From NCBI GenBank assembly GCA_964016885.1, contig OZ024744.1:89838001-89902000 (forward strand): a DNA stretch of 64,000 nucleotides. Reading direction: 5' to 3'. The DNA comes from Eledone cirrhosa. Its lineage: Eukaryota. This document shows, in pieces, positions 1 through 11,415 of the stretch (the first letter of the stretch is position 1; every line of letters begins with the position of its first letter). The notes beneath the pieces were generated by a model. It was not told the DNA's origin. It saw only the letters and a list, made by a program, of their open reading frames with translations, and did no database searches. The translations under genes and the position numbers were made by a program.

Positions 1-49
<49 letters not shown>

Positions 50-90
50 CGAAACATAAGTCAATTGCATGAACTCATAACCTTTTATTT

Positions 91-150
91 ACTGCTATAT
101 ATATTTCGATGATAGCCATTGAATGGCTATGACCTCATCAGGTAGTTAGT
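91..150 (-). ncRNA. Minimal hammerhead-like motif in a Penelope pseudo-LTR fragment
   Basis: Minus strand reads CTGATGA, stem II with an atagccatt/aatggctat hairpin, then GAAA tata TA. Stem I is short (cta/tag). Flanked by (TA)n. Confidence 0.6.
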
Positions 151-205
151 CAGTTCTTAGATATGCCACCTCTGTGTTTATAGTGTTGATGGTATCAGAG
201 CCTTG

Positions 206-247
<42 letters not shown>

Positions 248-251
<4 letters not shown>

Positions 252-563
252 AAGGAATTGTTGTAAGGAACCAGATGGACCATAATGCAACAGAGTACTC
301 AATACTTAGGCTAGTAGAGTAGGAAATAGGAAAAAGTATGACCCCGACGGCAGAGCTCAAGCCGTTTCGGCGGCTATTTCTAGTCCAGAAATAGCTGTCG
401 AAACGGCTTGAGCTCTGCCGTCGGGGTCATACTTTATCATATATATATATATATATATATATAGGAATGAGAAGGACCCCAACGGCTGAGCTCCTATTAC
501 CCTAAGTATTGAGTACTTTGGTACGTTATGGTCCACCTGGTTCCTTACCACATTTCCTTCGTT
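248..563. repeat. Fold-back: near-perfect ~50-bp-arm palindrome (centre ~385) with diverged outer inverted arms; probably Penelope pseudo-LTR remnants
   Basis: aaagtatgaccccgacggcagagctcaagccgtttcg... is followed by its reverse complement ...cgaaacggcttgagctctgccgtcggggtcatacttt. Segments 250-310 and 500-563 are diverged inverted copies. Confidence 0.75.
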
Positions 564-843
564 ATATACATATATATATATATAGTAATATGAAATACGT
601 CCCTTCACGAAGGGACGTATTTCATATTACTACTACCTCCACTAACGTTGAGAACAAACCGGGTCATCCCGACTGCTGCTGGCAACAGCGGTGGCTAGTT
701 TGACCTACCTCCTTTTGCCTCTATCTTTGCTACGGCCCTTGATAAACCTGTTCTACATCATCCACTCTCATCCCAGGAACAGTTTTTGATAGCGCTAGTT
801 TGTGATTTAAATTCAGGAATTTTATATTCTTTGAATGAAAAGA

Positions 844-927
844 ACCTTCTGACGAGAATCTCTCTTTGCAACGAAGGCCGTATGGTCTCCGTTTTATTTC
901 TGGGATTCGAAACCGATCGGTAAAGGT
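844..927 (+). ncRNA. Type I hammerhead ribozyme (copy 1)
   Basis: Stem I acctt/aaggt; core CTGACGA; stem II gaatctc/gggattc with a long loop; GAAAC-C-GATC-G-GTA. Predicted cleavage after 922. Confidence 0.85.
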
Positions 928-1326
928 AACTATAGTAGGTAAAGTCAATTTTTTAAAATTTATTTTGAAACTTTTTCATTATTTACTAAACCTTGTTTAT
1001 ATTTGTTCTGGCTCGTTAATTTATTAACCCGCCATTGAACCACATTGGCACTTGGTTGGACAATACATGCGTACCTTGGCGCCTTGTGCGTGAAGGGACG
1101 TATTTCATATTACTACTACCTCCACTAACGTTGAGAACAAACAGGGTCATCCCGACTGCTACTGGCAACAGCGGTGGCTAGTTTGACCTACCTCCTTTTG
1201 CCTCTATCTTTGCTACGGCCCTTGATAAACCTGTTCTACATCATCCACTCTCATCCCAGGAACAGTTTTTGATAGCGCTAGTTTGTGATTTAAATTCAGG
1301 AATTTTATATTCTTTGAATGAAAAGA

Positions 1327-1410
1327 ACCTTCTGACGAGAATCTCTCTTTGCAACGAAGGCCGTATGGTCTCCGTTTTATTTCTGGGATTCGAAACCGAT
1401 CGGTAAAGGT
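1327..1410 (+). ncRNA. Type I hammerhead ribozyme (copy 2)
   Basis: Identical to 844-927, 483 nt downstream. Predicted cleavage after 1405. Confidence 0.85.
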
Positions 1411-1478
1411 AACTATAGTAGGTAAAGTCAATTTTTTTAAAATTTATTTTGAAACTTTTTCATTATTTACTAAACCTT

Positions 1479-1521
<43 letters not shown>

Positions 1522-1526
<5 letters not shown>

Positions 1527-4500
1527 GTTAGAATATGTGTAATAAGGCCAAGACAATGCAGATATGGACATAGAAAAAAGAATGCAATAGTGAGAGATAT
1601 TGATGAGAATTCGTCTTTCACCTTGAATTTATTTAAATGTCCTTAATTTTCGAGATAATATCTCTTCTTCGGAGGGAAGTAAAAGTCTCAGACCAGCGTC
1701 TTAAATTTCCAATGAAGCCATGCTGACCGGAAATAGTATAGAGTTCTAACTTTAATATCAAAGAATTAAAATTAGGTGGGTAAAGAGTAGTCTCCCTTTA
1801 AGAGGGGTTTGTTTATGTTTTTGTTGTGTTTTTTAAATTTTATATGCGTGCCTGTATATGTGTGTGGGAGAAAGCATGAAGGTGTAGGTATGTGTGTGTG
1901 TGAGTGTGGGAAGATAGGTCTAATCGTAAAAGTGGGGGGTAGGTGTTATCTGGTGTTAGAACTGGTTTTGTGTGTGTAGAGGCCCTATCAGGTTATAAAT
2001 TGGGTGTTGAGCTCTAGTCTATTATTGATTGGTGGATGTGTTCTATCTATAATGAGTGCTTCCTTGATTCTAAGATTACCGAGGTTTCTTTCTTTAGTTT
2101 CTATCCTAACTGTTATGTTTTTATCAGTGTTTTTGCATTTAACTAGGTGTTTCTTAAATGAGGAAGCGTTAGTATTGAGGTGTTCTTTTATTCTTATGTG
2201 GAGTGGTCTGGTGGTGCTACCTACGTATAAGTTGTTGCATTTGTCACACTCTAGTCTGTAAACTACGTAAGCCTGGTGGCATAGGTCTGTGTCGTTGATG
2301 GGGCAGTTGGCTAGTCTGCAGCAGTTGTCATGTCTGGTGGAGTGTCTCTTAGCTAGCCGTCCACGCAAAGAAGGACCCGAATGGGCCAGTTGAATATCCA
2401 GACCTTCTCGTCTGATGGCTCTGCGGATGGCTGTTGTTGTTTCTTCACTGAAGTGTGGGAGCTTCAGGAAGCAAGTGTTAGTGCCTCGGGTGTGGTGTCC
2501 TCTGTTCTTTCTGGCACGGTTTGTGGTGGATGTCGTGTATCCGTTCAGTTTGAGTACTTCCAGGAAATGTGTGGTGTGTGTGTCTCGGTCTCTGGCGTCG
2601 GTGCATTTGTTCTTGATACGTGCCAGTTCGTTCTTTATGTATCCGAACTTGGCACCGAGTGGGAGGGCCGATCTGAAATGTACGAACAGGTCCCTGCTGG
2701 CGGATTTTTTATAGAAGCAGGTGTGGATGTTGCCTTCCTCTGTTACCCTGAGTTGGAAGTCCAGCAGGGATAGGGATCCGCGGTCATCGGGGTGTTCTAT
2801 GCTGAACTTTATACTGGCGTCCATGCTGGAGAATGTTGTGTATATTTTCTCTGCCTCTTCACGGGATGATGTAAGGATGAGTATGTCATCTACATATCGG
2901 GTGAAGAAGGCATGGGAATGGCAGGTGTTGAGGGCTCGGCATTCTAGCTGGTTCATGTAAGTGATGGCCAGCAGGCCAGAGAGGCTGGATCCCATGGGTA
3001 ATCCTGTTGTCTGTCTGTATGTGTGGTGGTGGAAGGTGAAGTATGTGTTGTCTACTGTGAAGGACAAAAGTTGGTGTATGTCCGTCGGGTGGAGGCCGTA
3101 GCAGTGGATGTTCTCTGCGACCACGCAGTCCGTCAATAAATCGACAGCTGGGTGAGCGGGGACTGTAGTGTAGAGGGAGACAACGTCGAGGCTAAAAGCG
3201 TATTTATTAAGTTTAAGTTGTTCTGGCTGGAGTTGGTGTAATCTACGTATAACTTCGTCGGAGCTACTGACATGTCCGGGGAAGGTGGAGAGTAGAGGCT
3301 TGAGGACCTGGGAGAGAAGCCAGGAAATTTTGTATAGGGGTCCTTCTATGCTAGAGACGATGGGTCTTATATGCGTCTTAGTGCTATTCTTGTGGGTCTT
3401 GATGAGGTGGTAGAAAGTGGGCAGTCTGCTATTTCTAGTGGTGTAGTTGAGCTTAATTTTATTCGGGAGTTGTCTTCTCCTACAGATATCGAACCAAATG
3501 GAGTTGATCTGTTTTTCGATTTGGGCTGCGGTCATGTCCGGGATCACTGTGTACAGTTCACTGTCGCTTAGGTGTTCGAAGGCTAGGTTATTGTATGTGG
3601 CTTGAGAGATGACGCAGAACTCTTTACCTTTGTCGGATGGTAAGTAAATAAGTTCCTTATTCCGTAGGTTCTTCAGGGCGAGTTGTTGTGTCCTGGAGAG
3701 GTTAGGGGCCATCTTCTTCTGTTTCCGTAAGATGTTAAATACGGAATGTTTTAGTCTCGAGAGTTTTTCTTCCAGCTCGCGGTTGGCGGGCGGTGGATAG
3801 AGTGGGCGATCTAGTTGGTATATCGGGAATCTGGGTGTGGTGGATTCCGTGGTGTTGTTGTCGAGAGTCGATATCCATTTCAGTTGGTAGGCAGTTCGAC
3901 AGAAATTCGTTTCTATGTCGAGCCATAGTCTGTCGTCCAGTCTCTGTTTCAATATGAACTTGGGACCCAGGCTGAGGAGGTCTAATTCCTCTCGGGAGAG
4001 GGATCCTGTCAAGTCTGTGACGAGGTGTTTTGCGTCAGGTGTGTTGTTGGTCGGGGTGCCGCTAGGTTCGGTGTTGGTAACGTATTGTTCGCCTCTGTTG
4101 GTGTTTGGCGTTGGGATGTTGTTAAGACAGTTGGCCGTCCTGAGTTTGAGAAATTTTTGTGTTAGGCGTTTTTTCTCGTAGTCTCGGCGGTGGTGGTATG
4201 ACCTGTTTATAGTGGCGGAGATGACCTTGGACAGAGGTTCTGGGGTTTCAGCGAGTTGTGGTACAAGGCTGGAGATAGTCCGTATGTGATGTTGTAGCGT
4301 GCGGTGTAGGTGTTGTATGAGTTTTCTTAGGCAGAATTTTTGTATGTAACTGAGTGATCGTTTGAGGCCTGGTGAATTGAAGCATGTTGGTAGGTGTAAA
4401 TTTTTGATGGTTTTGGGAATGATGTTGTTGTTCAGGCATCGTTTTAGGAAATTTATTTGGCAGCCGGCTCTGGCGCGCTTTTCAGATAGCTGGAAGAGTT

Positions 4501-4653
4501 TCTTTACAGTTGTGAACTGGGCCTGGCTCAGGCGTAATGAAAGGAGGAGGTTATAGTTCACTTGAAGCATTGTGTAATGAGGTATAAACGTTAGAATATG
4601 TGTAATAAGGCCAAGACAATGCAGATATGGACATAGAAAAAAGAATGCAATAG
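1522..4653 (-). mobile_element. Penelope-like retroelement, apparently intact
   Basis: Long RT + GIY-YIG ORF; ~70-bp direct repeat at 1522-1590 and 4584-4653; degenerate hammerhead-like motif (ccgaaga...gagat/atctc gaaa) near 1646-1673 on minus; 3' end abuts (TA)n. Confidence 0.92.
1988..4570 (-). CDS. Penelope-like polyprotein (reverse transcriptase + GIY-YIG endonuclease), ~860 aa
   Basis: LSLGPKF, HIRPIVSS, SLDVVSLYT, GLPMGSSLS, RYVDD, then YVVYRLEC..YVGSTTRPLHIRIKEH. No stops or frameshifts. Start placed at ATG 4570 (MLQVNY). Confidence 0.9.
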   Translation of the reverse strand: MLQVNYNLLLSLRLSQAQFTTVKKLFQLSEKRARAGCQINFLKRCLNNNIIPKTIKNLHLPTCFNSPGLKRSLSYIQKFCLRKLIQHLHRTLQHHIRTISSLVPQLAETPEPLSKVISATINRSYHHRRDYEKKRLTQKFLKLRTANCLNNIPTPNTNRGEQYVTNTEPSGTPTNNTPDAKHLVTDLTGSLSREELDLLSLGPKFILKQRLDDRLWLDIETNFCRTAYQLKWISTLDNNTTESTTPRFPIYQLDRPLYPPPANRELEEKLSRLKHSVFNILRKQKKMAPNLSRTQQLALKNLRNKELIYLPSDKGKEFCVISQATYNNLAFEHLSDSELYTVIPDMTAAQIEKQINSIWFDICRRRQLPNKIKLNYTTRNSRLPTFYHLIKTHKNSTKTHIRPIVSSIEGPLYKISWLLSQVLKPLLSTFPGHVSSSDEVIRRLHQLQPEQLKLNKYAFSLDVVSLYTTVPAHPAVDLLTDCVVAENIHCYGLHPTDIHQLLSFTVDNTYFTFHHHTYRQTTGLPMGSSLSGLLAITYMNQLECRALNTCHSHAFFTRYVDDILILTSSREEAEKIYTTFSSMDASIKFSIEHPDDRGSLSLLDFQLRVTEEGNIHTCFYKKSASRDLFVHFRSALPLGAKFGYIKNELARIKNKCTDARDRDTHTTHFLEVLKLNGYTTSTTNRARKNRGHHTRGTNTCFLKLPHFSEETTTAIRRAIRREGLDIQLAHSGPSLRGRLAKRHSTRHDNCCRLANCPINDTDLCHQAYVVYRLECDKCNNLYVGSTTRPLHIRIKEHLNTNASSFKKHLVKCKNTDKNITVRIETKERNLGNLRIKEALIIDRTHPPINNRLELNTQFIT

Positions 4654-4775
4654 ATATGTCAATATTTATAAAACCAACTTTGTATTTTATCTGTTGAGAG
4701 CGTACCAAAGTTTTGGTACCCTTGAAATATATATAATAAAATAAATATGGTTTTATAAATATAGTTTCCATTTAT

Positions 4776-4776
<1 letters not shown>
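4654..4776 (+). mobile_element. Short pseudo-LTR-like fragment with hammerhead-like motif, related to the 26013-28478 element
   Basis: ctgttga gag...gtaccaaag/ttttggtac...ctt gaaa, followed by aataaatatggttttataaatatagtttccattta, which recurs at ~28426-28460. Confidence 0.6.
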
Positions 4777-4824
<48 letters not shown>

Positions 4825-4939
4825 TACTAATCTTACATAATTTTTTCATCTTTTCAACACACGCAAACGTTTCTTCTCTCTCCAACATACAGTTCTACTC
4901 CAAACGTTAGATTATCTTTCTTCTTGCTCATATGTCTTT

Positions 4940-5410
4940 ATTTTGTCTTTCATAAAATAAAAGCAGCAGTAATACACTGGGGTCGATTTAATTTACCAGA
5001 CCCTCCCCCACAAAAAAATTGTTGACCATATGCCTAAATCAGAAATCATTATTTTGTCTTACAATCAGAAATCATTATTTTGTCTTACCAGCCAAGGTTA
5101 ACTTTGCCTTTCATCCTTACGGGGTCGATAAAATAAAGTACCAGTAATGTACTGGATAAATTGCTGGCCTTGTGCCAAAAGTAGAAACAATTATTTTGTC
5201 TTACCAGGGCGGTGGATTGGCAGTATCGGTAGAGGGTCGGACACCATGCATTGCAGCACAGAGTTACGGCCCTTTATGGTCTGAATTCAAATCCCGCTGA
5301 GGTTAACTTTGCCTTTCATCTTTACGGGGTCGATAAAATAAAGTACCAGTAATACACTGGAATAATTGCTGGCCTTGTGCCAAAAGTAGAAACAGTTATT
5401 TTGTCTTACA
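4940..5410 (+). mobile_element. Cluster of tandem tRNA-derived SINE copies (full copy ~5207-5395, partial copies upstream)
   Basis: A-box-like TGGCAGTATCGG, B-box-like ATTCAAATCCC, body aactttgcctttcatc...ggggtcgataaaataaagtaccagt. Copies are separated by ttattttgtcttac. Confidence 0.85.
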
Positions 5411-5536
5411 TTTTAACGACGTAAAACATCACAATTTCCCTCAGAATCTTCTGTTTTTACTCTACTAGAAGAAAGTTGACTAAAATTCTGCGCTGTGAAA
5501 TTGAACCCGGGACCACACACACACACATATATATAA

Positions 5537-5567
<31 letters not shown>

Positions 5568-5886
5568 GGTGTGTGCGCGCATGTGTGTGTTTGTATGTGT
5601 GTGTGAATATTTTCCTTTGTTCACACTCTGAATTAACCTACCTAAACCTGGATGTGAATCTTTTTCCTGTTTGCTAGAGAGAGAGAGGACACGTGACCAC
5701 GCTGCCATAGTTTGTGCAACAGTACTTGACAGTGGAGTTAAAATGTCGCGCTCATGGAATACGGAACGAAACGCTTGTTTAGAAAGGATACGCTCGTTCC
5801 ACCTTAGGATACATAACTGCCTTGCATATTGCTCACCTTGGAGTGTAGCTTTCAGATTCACAAAAACCAATCGAAGATATTCCTAT

Positions 5887-5985
5887 AATTGTTTCAACTT
5901 TAGGCACAAGGCCAGCAATCATCCAGTACATTACTGGTACTTTATTTTATCGACCCCGTAAGGATGAAAGGCAAAGTTGACCATG
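5887..5985 (-). mobile_element. SINE 3' fragment (same family)
   Basis: ggcacaaggccagcaat...actggtactttattttatcgaccccgtaaggatgaaaggcaaagtt is the reverse complement of the SINE body. Confidence 0.8.
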
Positions 5986-6013
5986 TCAGCTGCAGCTTCG
6001 ATTTTACTCACAA

Positions 6014-6028
6014 TTATATATATATATG

Positions 6029-6099
<71 letters not shown>

Positions 6100-6132
6100 G
6101 TGTGTGTATGTGTGTGTGTGTGTGCATCTATG

Positions 6133-6206
<74 letters not shown>
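6014..6206. repeat. Compound (TA)n/(TG)n/(TA)n microsatellite
   Basis: Directly visible. Confidence 0.95.
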
Positions 6207-6208
<2 letters not shown>

Positions 6209-7230
6209 GGAAAATTTGAACAGGAATAAAACAGAGAGGCAGTACAAAGAATGTTTATTAATTTCACGCTCTGGAGAGTGGGGTGGTGGTGGTGGGGAAC
6301 GGCGTTTCGGGCATAAGCCCTTCCTCAGGTGAGAAGTGTGTGGGAAGAGAGTTCAAATGGTGTGTAGGGGAGTGGTGGAGAGACATATAGCGAAAACGGG
6401 GTGGGAGGAAACGGTGCGAATGAAATTAAAAATAAAAATAAAAATAAAGCATGATCAAAATAAAATGAAATGAAATAAAAATAAATATAAAAGCATGATC
6501 AAAATAAACTGAAATTAAAAAGGGGTAAAACAGGTGGTGGAAGGGTGTGGGGTGTGTAGGGGTGGTGGCGGGTGGAGTGGGGAGAGGGAGACGGGGTGTC
6601 CGAGCGGGGAGGGCTGAAGGTGGTGTGTGTGTGTAGGTGTACGTGTGTGTGTGTGTGTGTGTATATGAAAGCAAGGGTTGGGGGAAGAACGGGGTTGCAT
6701 GTTCAGGAAGAGGTGTGTGTGGGGTGGGGTGTAGGTCGGAGTGTGTGTGCGTGTGTGGATAGAGGGGTGGGGGAGAGGAATCCGGAGGCTGAAGGTGTAA
6801 ATATGTGGTGGAAAGTACGTGTGTGGGGGGTTTAAGCGTGTTGTGGGTGTAGGTGGCGTGTGGGAGAAAAAAAATGTTTGGGGTGTGTGTGTGGGTGAGT
6901 TATATAGGTGATTCCGTAAGAGGATGTGGTTGAAATGTTGGTAAACTCCTATGATGGTAGTAGATTCCACGGTGGTCAAGTTCCACATACGAGTATTCCA
7001 TGAAGAGATGGTCGGAAGAGGAGAGATGTGGGGTGCGCGCGCAACAGGAAGTGGTCAAGGCGGTGGGAGTGCTGTGTGTCTGTTTGTGCTGGGAGGTGGT
7101 CAGAGGGCATAGCAGCAGTCTGGTGGAATGGTAAAGGGCGAGGATGGGTAGGTGTGAAAGTTGGAGTGAGGAGGGTGTGTGTGTGTATTAGTAGAGGTGT
7201 TAGTGGGATGATATATATATATGTATGTCT
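6207..7230 (-). mobile_element. Decayed retroelement 3' end with a hammerhead-like motif at ~6297-6330
   Basis: Minus strand CTGAGGA a gggc-ttat-gccc GAAAC gcc GTT, with no clear stem I. C/A-rich UTR; flanked by (TA)n. The coding remnant could not be classified. Confidence 0.45.
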
Positions 7231-7249
7231 ATAAATGTATATATATATA

Positions 7250-10200
7250 TAGAACCACTTCATTAAAACCATAATAACAAGAAAACTCAATCAACAACCA
7301 AACACCACACAACAACCAACAACAACAAAAAAACAATACCTCCCCACATACCAAAAAAAGAAGGCATCACCTCACCCCTACCTCCTACACCCTCCACACC
7401 ACTACCACACGGACTCCCAAGCAACAAATATAGTAATAGAGAAACATCAGCTACAAGATAGACACTACAACTTCTCTCCTACCAGGAGAAACCATAAAAC
7501 CCCCCACACTTATAACCCCCCTAACATCCCCACACAACAAACCCACAACCATCATTACTTTCAACATAGAACCCAAAATACACAACTACCACACATGTCA
7601 CATAGGGCCTCACAACCACACACCAACTATAAGGAAATCCTAATCTACCCTCCCCCACTAACCACATCCTACTACAACAACACCAGCAGGGGACAATACA
7701 ACCACACCAGACACCCTAACCACTACAACCACCGTAGCTACACACCATATAACAGCAACAGCAGGACTCGATATAACCACACAAGACAACCCTACTACAA
7801 CTACCACCAAATCTACACACCCTACAACAATAACAGCAGGACTCAATACAACCACACGATACAACCTAACTTCAACAACCACCACAGCTACACACCATCT
7901 AACAACAACAGCAGGGGCCAATACAACCATAAGAGACATCCAAACTTCAGCAGACACCACAACTTCCGTAATCATTTTTTAGACACAGCACAGACACAGG
8001 ATAACAAGATAACACAAAACACACAGGAGACACAAAATGTAATAAAAATTGTTAATTTAACCTCCAAAGAATTAACAACAGACCAAATCAACATACTCTC
8101 CAAAGGTCTAAAATTTACACCAACTCCCCAACGAAAAACTACCCCGAAATGAAGGAAGATATTGCAGAATTCTGTAGAAAACTAAGACTCAGCGAGCAAC
8201 TATACGACAAATACAATGAGGATGACCCAATGGCCAGAAATAGAAGCAACTACACCCCACCAAAAGGCAAGAAGAAATTCCTCGATCAATTCTGCGAACA
8301 CGTTACTTTATTACCCATACCACTACCTACACAGACATAAACAAAAACCAAACCTAAACAAAAAATAATGGAATGGTCTTAACAGTCTTAAAAAAACGAC
8401 AAAACCCTAACAATCAAAGAGGCAGATAAAGGGAGTGCAGTAGTCCTTATGGAGACAGATTATTACACGACTCTAGTACTCTCAACTCTAGAAAACCAAA
8501 CATATTATGAAAAGGCCCAACACTACACACAACAGAAAAATTAGAAACCTAAAATCCCTAACAACTCTTTACAAAGAAGGCCTTACAGACAAGGAATACA
8601 ACTACATCACCAATTTCAAAAGCAGAACCAGCCTCTTCTACGGTATCCCCAAGACACACAAAAGCGAAGTAATAGGTAGGGCCTGCAAGCAAGCCACAGA
8701 CATTTACATCAATATACCCCCTCCTTAAATTAAGACCCATAATAGCAGGCACCACATGTGAAACCCACCGCCTAAGCAACTTCCTAGATATTCTGCTTAA
8801 ACCTTTCCTAAAACACATAAAAGCTTCATAAGGGACGACCTTGACATGCTCAACCATCTCCCAACAACACTCAATAATGAACATACCCTACTAGTAACCT
8901 TTGATGTCATCAATTTATATTCCAATATCCTACACAACCTAGGTATAGAGGCAATACCATTCTGGCTTGAAAATTCCCCTACTGAACTCCCAAGCGCATC
9001 CCTAAAGAATTTGTGTTGGAGGGTCTCAAATTCATCTTGGAAAACAATTTCTTCGAATTCTATGCCAAATACTACAGACAGAAATCTGGGACTGCCATGA
9101 GCACGAAAGTAGACCCCTCATACGCCAAACCTTGTCATGGGATATTTGGAAACCACTCTCTACCGCAAAGTTCTAGACAAATACGGTAACCACTTCTACC
9201 AACACATAGAAAAGAACTGGAAGAGATATCTGGACGACTGCTTCATCCTCTCGCATAAAAGTATAGATAGACTGATTGAGTTTAAAACCATTCTGAATGG
9301 ACTCAACACAAACTTACAATTTACAATGGATTACAGCCATGAAGAACTCCCTTTCCTCGACATCCTCATCAAGAAAACAAACAACAAAATAGAAACAGAC
9401 ATATACTACAAACCCACAGACTCCAAACAATATCTTCCATTCAACTCGTGCCACCCTAGACACACCAAAATGGCAATTCCTTATAACCTAGCCAGAAGGA
9501 TCTGCACAATGGTTTCAGATAAATACACATGCTACACACGACTAGAAGAATTAAAAAATACACTTATCAGCAGAAACTACCCACCATCCCTAATCAACAA
9601 TGGATTCCAACGTGCCCTAAAACTCGACATCCAGGAACTCAGACACCCCAAACCCAGGAATGAACCGTAACAGAAAACTCTACCATACATCCCCACACAC
9701 AACCCCCTCAACAATGAGGCATTCGACACCATCCTCCAGAACATTCCTTTACTAAAAAGAGACCCAAGAATGAACAAAATCCTCCAAACACACATCATAA
9801 AGAGCAAAAGACAACCTAAATCCATAAAAACATCCTCACACAAGCCAAAATCCAACAAACCCTCACAATGAACCCTACAGCAACAAAATGCGGAAGGCCC
9901 AACTGTGGCATATGCATACATCTAATAGAAGGTTCAACATTCCATTTTAAACAAGGACAACATTTCACAGTTAAACACAACTTTACATGTGCATCTAAAA
10001 ACCTAATCTATGTTTTGACCTACTCAGATTGTCAAGATCACTACATAGGACAGACAAAAACAGCCTCCGACAACGTATGACCGTCCATAAATCACAAATC
10101 AAAACTCAGGAATACAGAAAGATTGCATTTAGTGAACATATCGCCAATTGTGCACCCAACCAACATCCAAACTTTAAAATGTTCCCCATTTACAAATTCA

Positions 10201-10298
10201 TAGACAACGCTACTTTCATCCATCGTACCAATAAGGAAACGTATTTCATTAACAAATTCCAACCTCTACTTAATGCACTAAACTTCGGACTAAACTAA
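7250..10298 (+). pseudogene. Frameshifted Penelope-like ORF (RT, Cys-rich linker, GIY-YIG; Neptune-like layout)
   Basis: Consecutive fragments: IVNLTSKELT..ILSKGLKFTPTP, FYGIPKTHKS, FDVINLYSNI, WKRYLDD, YYKPTD..SCHPRH, KCGRPNCGICIH, NLIYVLT..HYIGQT. Confidence 0.9.
7676..7960 (+). repeat. In-frame 75-bp (25-aa) tandem repeat, ~4 copies
   Basis: NNTSRGQYNHTRHPNHYNHRSYTPY / NSNSRTRYNHTRQPYYNYHQIYTPY / NNNSRTQYNHTIQPNFNNHHSYTPS / NNNSRGQYNHKRHPNF. Confidence 0.85.
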
Positions 10299-10608
10299 AA
10301 CTGGAACGAACAATGAAATATTTACAAATACCTATGTCTCTCAAAAGAGTTACCTCCCTCACACTCTACCTAATCCTTTTTCTTAAATAAATTAAATATC
10401 ATTCAGCATGAATTACCTCCCCCTGCATATTAACTCTCTAAAAAGGGAAATCATATCAAACCCCAGTCCACCATTTGCCTCCCTCATGGATCAACTAAGC
10501 ACTCTTGCTATATTAACACATTTTGATCTGCTTATCTTCAAGAACTATGCCTGTAAATAGCATTATTTTTTCTTTCACATTGACTTATTATGCTCCACAT
10601 TACGCCCC

Positions 10609-10789
10609 TTTTTTTCTTTTTTCTTTTTTCTTTTTTCTTTTTTCTTTTTTCTTTTTTCTTTTTTCTTTTTTCTTTTTTCTTTTTTCTTTTTTCTTTTTTC
10701 TCCTTTCTTTTTTCTTTTTTCTTTTTTCTTTTTTCTTTTTTCTTTTTTCTTTTTTCTTTTTTCTTTTTTCTTTTTTCTTTTTTCTTTTC
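10609..10789. repeat. (TTTTTTC)n heptanucleotide array downstream of the Penelope ORF
   Basis: Directly visible. Confidence 0.95.
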
Positions 10790-11125
10790 ACTTCATAAAC
10801 CTTGTTTGTAAATAACATTATTCTTTCTGCACCATTTCTTTAACATGTCCAACACCACCATTCTACACCAATACATATTATTATCATTTGATAATGCATA
10901 AAAATAGTGATCCGGTAATAGACAATTATTAAATATATAAATAAATAAATAAATAAATAAATAAATGCCATTGTTAATTAATAAATAAATCAGCTAATAC
11001 CTTAACACTTCACACAAAGTAAAATATTTCGTTTTAATCATTTTCTAACCCACAAAAAAGAGAGAAATAAATAAAAAAGGAAAAAAAAAAGTTTTTCTTC
11101 CTAATAATCGTCTTTTTCTCCCTGT

Positions 11126-11184
<59 letters not shown>

Positions 11185-11415
11185 AATGATAATTCATAAT
11201 TCATTTTATTCATAATCTGCCGTAATACATGTACGTCAATACTCAACTTTTTCCATTTCTTAGAGGGTTCTAAACCCCACTATCAGACTAAAATTTATTT
11301 AGTTAAAAATACGGCGGAAGCTTCTATTTCTAACTTCAAACTCGCTCGCTGTTTCACAACATACTTACTTGTCATATATATATATATATATATATAAACA
11401 ACCATAAATAACCTT

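Larger units (their letters stand above)
583..1483 (+). mobile_element. Retrozyme-like non-coding element: ~1.8 tandem copies of a 483-bp unit with a 5' inverted end
   Basis: Near-identical units start at 609 and 1092 (gaagggacgtatttc). Each has a hammerhead. 583-632 is a perfect palindrome with 24-bp arms. (TA)n on both sides. Confidence 0.8.

Noticed and set aside
730-1431. Duplicated 72-aa minus-strand ORF
   Set aside because: Non-ATG start, antisense to the hammerheads, and identical only because the unit is duplicated.
4571-4771. First 67 aa of the 927-aa ORF call
   Set aside because: The frame runs through the pseudo-LTR repeat and into an unrelated fragment shared with 28405-28460; probably chance read-through.
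5964-6332. ORFs rich in YI, CV, HT or MYVC repeats here and throughout the window
   Set aside because: Translations of (TA)n, (TG)n and (CATA)n microsatellites.
10523-10818. Poly-Phe and Lys/Glu/Arg-rich ORFs
   Set aside because: Products of the (TTTTTTC)n array.
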